Shown here: one piece after another, positions 33,223 to 36,532 of the stretch
Numbering within the stretch: position 1 is the stretch's first letter
How the letters are laid out: each line of letters begins with the position of its first letter
Notes under the pieces: model-generated
Seen by the model: the letters and a program-made list of their open reading frames with translations, nothing else
Told to the model about the DNA's origin: nothing
Database searches by the model: none
Position numbers and translations under genes: made by a program
From: Polyangiaceae bacterium
Lineage (GTDB): Bacteria > Myxococcota_A > Polyangia > Polyangiales > Polyangiaceae
Direction: 5' to 3'
Length of the DNA stretch: 36,532 nt
Assembly (NCBI GenBank): GCA_035063585.1
Contig: JAPSGB010000043.1
Coordinates: 1-36,532 of the forward strand

Positions 33223-34122
33223 TCAGCGCTTCGGCTGCTTCTTCTTCTTGTCGCCTGACTTCGGCGGCGGCGGCGGCGCGTCGTCTTCCGACGGCCGGGT
33301 CACGGCGGCGACGTCCTTGTCCATCGCGTTCGGGTCGGTGGCCTTGTTGGTGCGGTAGCGGGCGAGGTTGTCCTGCACCGACTTGTCCACGTACACGAGC
33401 CCGAGCACCTTCTCTCCTTCGCGATCGACCGCGCGATAGATGGTCGCCGAGTCGTGCCACACGGCCTCGCGATAGTTCTGGTTCTTCGAGAAATCCGCCT
33501 CGACCATCACCGGCGCGACCCCGAACTTCTTGGTCAGGATCTTGGTCGCGTCCTCGAAGGTCGCCCCGAGCGGGCCGTCCTTCTTCAGCTTGTACTCGTC
33601 GTAGACCTTCCACAAGCGGTTATCGAAGAAGAAGAAGCGGCGGGTGATCTTGCCGACCTCGACGGTCGACATGCTCTCCTTGTTCCGATACGTGTACTCG
33701 CCCTGGAGCGGCGAGTTGTCGAGCCCGGTCGGGACCGCGCCGAACTCGAGCAGGCTGTCGCGGATGAGGGCCTTTTTCTGCGCGAGCTCCGCGTCGAGCG
33801 CCTGCATCCGCGGGCCGGGCTGCACCTTCTGGTAGAGCGGCACGTACTGCTCGTCGAAGATCTTGTCGTAAATCTTGGCGATCGCGTCGTTACCGAGGCC
33901 CCAGGCGAGCCCGCGCGGCGCGAGGCCGAAGCGCTTCTTCAGCTCGCCGGGCGCGGTGCCTCCCTTGTCCTTGTCCGCCGCCTTCGCTCCGCCCTTCGGG
34001 TCCTTGGCCTTCGTCTCGAAGCGCCCGAGCAGCGTGCCGCGCGCATGACTCTCACCTTCCGTGGCGACCACGCTGGCTGCCAACCCGACTACGGCGAGCG
34101 CCGCAACGACCCTGAGCTTCAT
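33223..34122 (-). CDS. Hypothetical secreted protein
   Basis: Signal-peptide-like N-terminus, GGAGGA RBS, Lys-rich composition with strong GC3 bias. Confidence 0.88.
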   Translation of the reverse strand: MKLRVVAALAVVGLAASVVATEGESHARGTLLGRFETKAKDPKGGAKAADKDKGGTAPGELKKRFGLAPRGLAWGLGNDAIAKIYDKIFDEQYVPLYQKVQPGPRMQALDAELAQKKALIRDSLLEFGAVPTGLDNSPLQGEYTYRNKESMSTVEVGKITRRFFFFDNRLWKVYDEYKLKKDGPLGATFEDATKILTKKFGVAPVMVEADFSKNQNYREAVWHDSATIYRAVDREGEKVLGLVYVDKSVQDNLARYRTNKATDPNAMDKDVAAVTRPSEDDAPPPPPKSGDKKKKQPKR

Positions 34123-34339
34123 CGCATCCTCCCGAAATCCTTGATTCGACCCGTCTCTCGCGGCCCGGACGCTAGCACTACGTCGGTCGACTGCTCAAGC
34201 CGAGCCTGTCACCAGCCGGTTGGACGAGACAGTCGCCGAATCCATGGAATGCCCGAGTGAAGAATCGCACGCTCGGCCGAGCGCCCGCGCGAGCGGCGTC
34301 GTCTCGAGGGCTCGACCCGCGCCGCGAGAGGCGCTAAGG

Positions 34340-34921
34340 GTGTGCTCTCGTCGTCCGAACCCGCCCGCCGAACCTTTGTCGAGACCTTTGCTCCTGATTT
34401 GCCTGGTCGTCGCGGCCGGCGGCGCGTGTAGCCCGACGGCGAACCCCGTCACCGCGGCCTCCGCGGCGAGGTATCCGGAGTACACCGACGCGGACGCCAC
34501 GCTCTTCGACGACACCTTGGCGCCCGAAGTGCTGGGCGGCTCGGCGATGGCCGCGACCGGGCGGCCGCTCGCCGAGCGCGCCGAGGCGGCCGACGCGATC
34601 CTTCGCGTGCGCGTCACCACCGTGACGAGCCAAGACGCCTCCGGGACACCCGCTTACACGCTGGTGCTCGCGCCGGTCGGCCCTCCTCTGGCCGGGCCGC
34701 GCGAGTCGGAGCCGCTCAGCGTGCAGGTGCTCGCGGACAGCCCGGCGTACCCCCTGGTCCGCGCGATCGACTCGGAGCTCGTCGGCACTACTTTCATCCT
34801 GCTCTACCGGCGCTATAACGAGGCGGGACGCGTGGCGCTGCACTGGCACGGCGTCCCCGACACGGACGCCGAACGGGCGAGCATCGGCCAGGGCCGAGCG
34901 CTCGGCGACTTCAGGAAATGA
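34340..34921 (+). CDS. Hypothetical lipoprotein; start uncertain (GTG 34340 or TTG 34376)
   Basis: [14 protein letters not shown] lipobox-like signal followed by a globular domain. Confidence 0.7.
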   Translation: MCSRRPNPPAEPLSRPLLLICLVVAAGGACSPTANPVTAASAARYPEYTDADATLFDDTLAPEVLGGSAMAATGRPLAERAEAADAILRVRVTTVTSQDASGTPAYTLVLAPVGPPLAGPRESEPLSVQVLADSPAYPLVRAIDSELVGTTFILLYRRYNEAGRVALHWHGVPDTDAERASIGQGRALGDFRK

Positions 34922-34979
34922 GCTTGCGGCGCCGCGAGACGCGCGGAAGATTCGCGCCATGCGCTCGGTGAACTTTCGA

Positions 34980-35780
34980 ATGACGTCGGTAGAGATCAAG
35001 TCCGCGCGAGAAATCGAGGCGATGCGGCGGGTCGGGCGGCTCGCGGCCGAGACGCTCACGGCGGTCGGCGAGCTCGTCGAGCCCGGGATCACCACGCAAC
35101 AGATCGACGACTTCGTGCACCGGCACACGCTCTCGCAGGGAGCGATCCCGGCCCCGCTCAACTACCGTGGCTTCCCGAAGAGCGTGTGCACCTCGGTCAA
35201 CGAGGTCGTCTGTCACGGGATCCCGGGAGCGCGGCGGCTCGAAGACGGTGACATCATCAACGTGGACGTGACCCACATCTTCGACGGGTTCCACGGCGAC
35301 ACCTCGGCCACCTTCTACGTCGGCACACCATCGGAAAGCGCCCGAAAAGTCACGGAAATCTCCCGGCGATGCCTGGAGCTCGGGATCGCCGAGGTGCGGC
35401 CGGGCGCCCGCCTCGGAGACGTCGGCGCCGCGATCCAGGCGTTCGCGGAGGGCCGCGGGTGCTCCGTGGTCCGCGACTTCGTCGGCCACGGGATCGGCCG
35501 GGTGTTCCATGACGAGCCGAAAGTGAGCCACGTCGGAGTTCGCGGCCGAGGGGTTCGGCTGAAGCCTGGGATGACGTTCACGATCGAGCCCATGATCAAC
35601 CTCGGGGGCTGGCAGGTCGAGGTCCTCGACGACGACTGGACGGCCGTGACCGCGGATGGCAGCCTATCGGCGCAATTCGAGCACACCGTCCTCGTGACCA
35701 CGAGCGGCTGCGAGATCCTGACGGCTCGAAGCCGCCCGCTCGCCCACAGCGAGATTTTCCCCGACTACTTCGGCTCCTGA
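34980..35780 (+). CDS. map: Type I methionine aminopeptidase
   Basis: FPKSVCTSVNEVVCHGIP, INVDVT, FHGDTS, GHGIG, FTIEPMIN, SAQFEHT; alternative ATG at 34959. Confidence 0.97.
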   Translation: MTSVEIKSAREIEAMRRVGRLAAETLTAVGELVEPGITTQQIDDFVHRHTLSQGAIPAPLNYRGFPKSVCTSVNEVVCHGIPGARRLEDGDIINVDVTHIFDGFHGDTSATFYVGTPSESARKVTEISRRCLELGIAEVRPGARLGDVGAAIQAFAEGRGCSVVRDFVGHGIGRVFHDEPKVSHVGVRGRGVRLKPGMTFTIEPMINLGGWQVEVLDDDWTAVTADGSLSAQFEHTVLVTTSGCEILTARSRPLAHSEIFPDYFGS

Positions 35781-35848
35781 GCCGCGCTCGAGCCTGGAGC
35801 GGCGAGGCGAACCCGCTGCTCGGAAAGTAGCAGCCCGAAAGACCCCGC

Positions 35849-35878
35849 TTGACGCGGTCCATCCCGGCCGACTACCTT
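35849..35878 (+). promoter_or_regulatory. Putative sigma70-type promoter of the histone-like gene
   Basis: TTGACG-N18-TACCTT. Confidence 0.5.
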
Positions 35879-36016
35879 CTTTCTTGCACTTTTGGGACGG
35901 ACGGTCCGAGCGGGTCATCCCCTCGGGTGCGCGGTTTCCGCACCGGCAGCCCGCCGGTGAGCCCTACTACTAGTCTGTCGGGGGCCAGACCTCCGGCGAC
36001 GACCAGCTCAACGTCG

Positions 36017-36532
36017 ATGCCGGCCAAAAACAAGAAAAAAAAGGCCAAGAAGCCCGCGGTGAAGCGCGGGAGCTCGGTCAGTCGGAAGTCCACGACTCCT
36101 GCCCGAGGCCGCTCCCCCGCCAGATCGGCCAAACGGCCGGCATCGAAGCCGGCTAAGCCGAAGCGCGCGAGCGTGACGCCTCGCCGAGCGAAGCCGAAGC
36201 CGAGCCGCCCTGCCAAGGCCGCCGCAGCGGGGAAGAAGGCGCTGCTCTCCCGCCGCAAGAAGGAGCAGGACGCCGCCCGTCGCAAGCAGGAGCAGGACGC
36301 CGCGCGCCGCAAGAAGGAGCAGGACGCCGCGCGCCGCAAGAAGGAGCAGGACGCCGCCCGTCGCAAGAAGGAGCAGGACGCCGCGCGCCGCAAGAAGGAG
36401 CAGGACGCCGCGCGCCGCAAGAAGGAGCAGGACGCCGCCCGTCGCAAGAAGGAGCAGGACGCCGCCCGTCGCAAGAAGGAGCAGGACGCCGCCCGTCGCA
36501 AGAAGGAGCAGGACGCCGCCCGTCGCAAGAAG
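36017..36532 (+). CDS. Highly basic histone H1-like protein with charged 9-aa repeats; 3' end outside the window
   Basis: Manual translation from ATG 36017: MPAKNKKKKAKKPAVKRGSS...KPAKPKRA...(RRKKEQDAA)n; no stop before the window end. Confidence 0.8.
   Translation, partial: MPAKNKKKKAKKPAVKRGSSVSRKSTTPARGRSPARSAKRPASKPAKPKRASVTPRRAKPKPSRPAKAAAAGKKALLSRRKKEQDAARRKQEQDAARRKKEQDAARRKKEQDAARRKKEQDAARRKKEQDAARRKKEQDAARRKKEQDAARRKKEQDAARRKKEQDAARRKK
36251..36532 (+). repeat. 27-bp tandem repeat x10.4 encoding RRKKEQDAA
   Basis: CG[CT]CGCAAGAAGGAGCAGGACGCCGC[CG]; variation is synonymous except one K>Q change in unit 2. Confidence 0.97.

Noticed and set aside
1485..35531. Numerous long overlapping antisense or alternate-frame ORFs in the track
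   Set aside because: Expected from stop-codon scarcity at very high GC; they are Arg/Ala/Pro-rich, lack motifs and overlap well-supported genes.
35815..35834. SRP RNA-like loop (CGGAAAGTAGCAGC)
   Set aside because: Lacks the conserved upstream CAGG of SRP domain IV and a long flanking stem; it is a simple GCTGCT/AGCAGC hairpin after map.
35872..36528. Minus-strand ORF with RRAASCSFL repeats
   Set aside because: Antisense shadow of the plus-strand RRKKEQDAA repeat, which has a candidate promoter, an ATG and mainly synonymous variation.

Overview
Very GC-rich (by eye about 75%) bacterial chromosomal segment. The gene content points to Myxococcota, probably Polyangiales (inference): two Hanks-type Ser/Thr kinases, DUF4388/GYF_2-like domains, a stand-alone PilZ protein and many Cys-rich lipoproteins. 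It is mostly housekeeping: nhaA, gatC-gatA, a hybrid histidine kinase, an SDR plus acyltransferase pair, truB, a CNNM/CBS transporter, trpG-trpD-trpC, xerD, N-formylglutamate amidohydrolase, rpmB, DUF72, a lipid acyltransferase, a tRNA methyltransferase, rpsP-khpA-rimM-trmD-SPOUT, a NifU-like protein and map. Both ends run into coding tandem repeats: a 21-bp APSAAES repeat in a kinase tail and a 27-bp RRKKEQDAA repeat in a histone-like protein. I see no rRNA, tRNA, CRISPR, transposase, phage or recognisable defence system, and I cannot claim a proven new system. The best leads are: (i) the xerD locus, bracketed by a 26-bp inverted repeat, with an 87-bp tandem duplication of its 3' end and two 16-bp palindromes downstream; (ii) a ~28-bp dispersed REP-like element with five copies, three inside ORFs; (iii) a Ser/Thr kinase carrying a tandem MshEN-type c-di-GMP motif; (iv) a shortened gamma-glutamyltranspeptidase homologue lacking the catalytic Thr; (v) other apparent catalytic-site substitutions; (vi) repeated TANNNT boxes 6-9 nt before start codons, suggesting leaderless mRNAs. 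Start codons were chosen by eye, and domain names come from motif recognition, not database searches.
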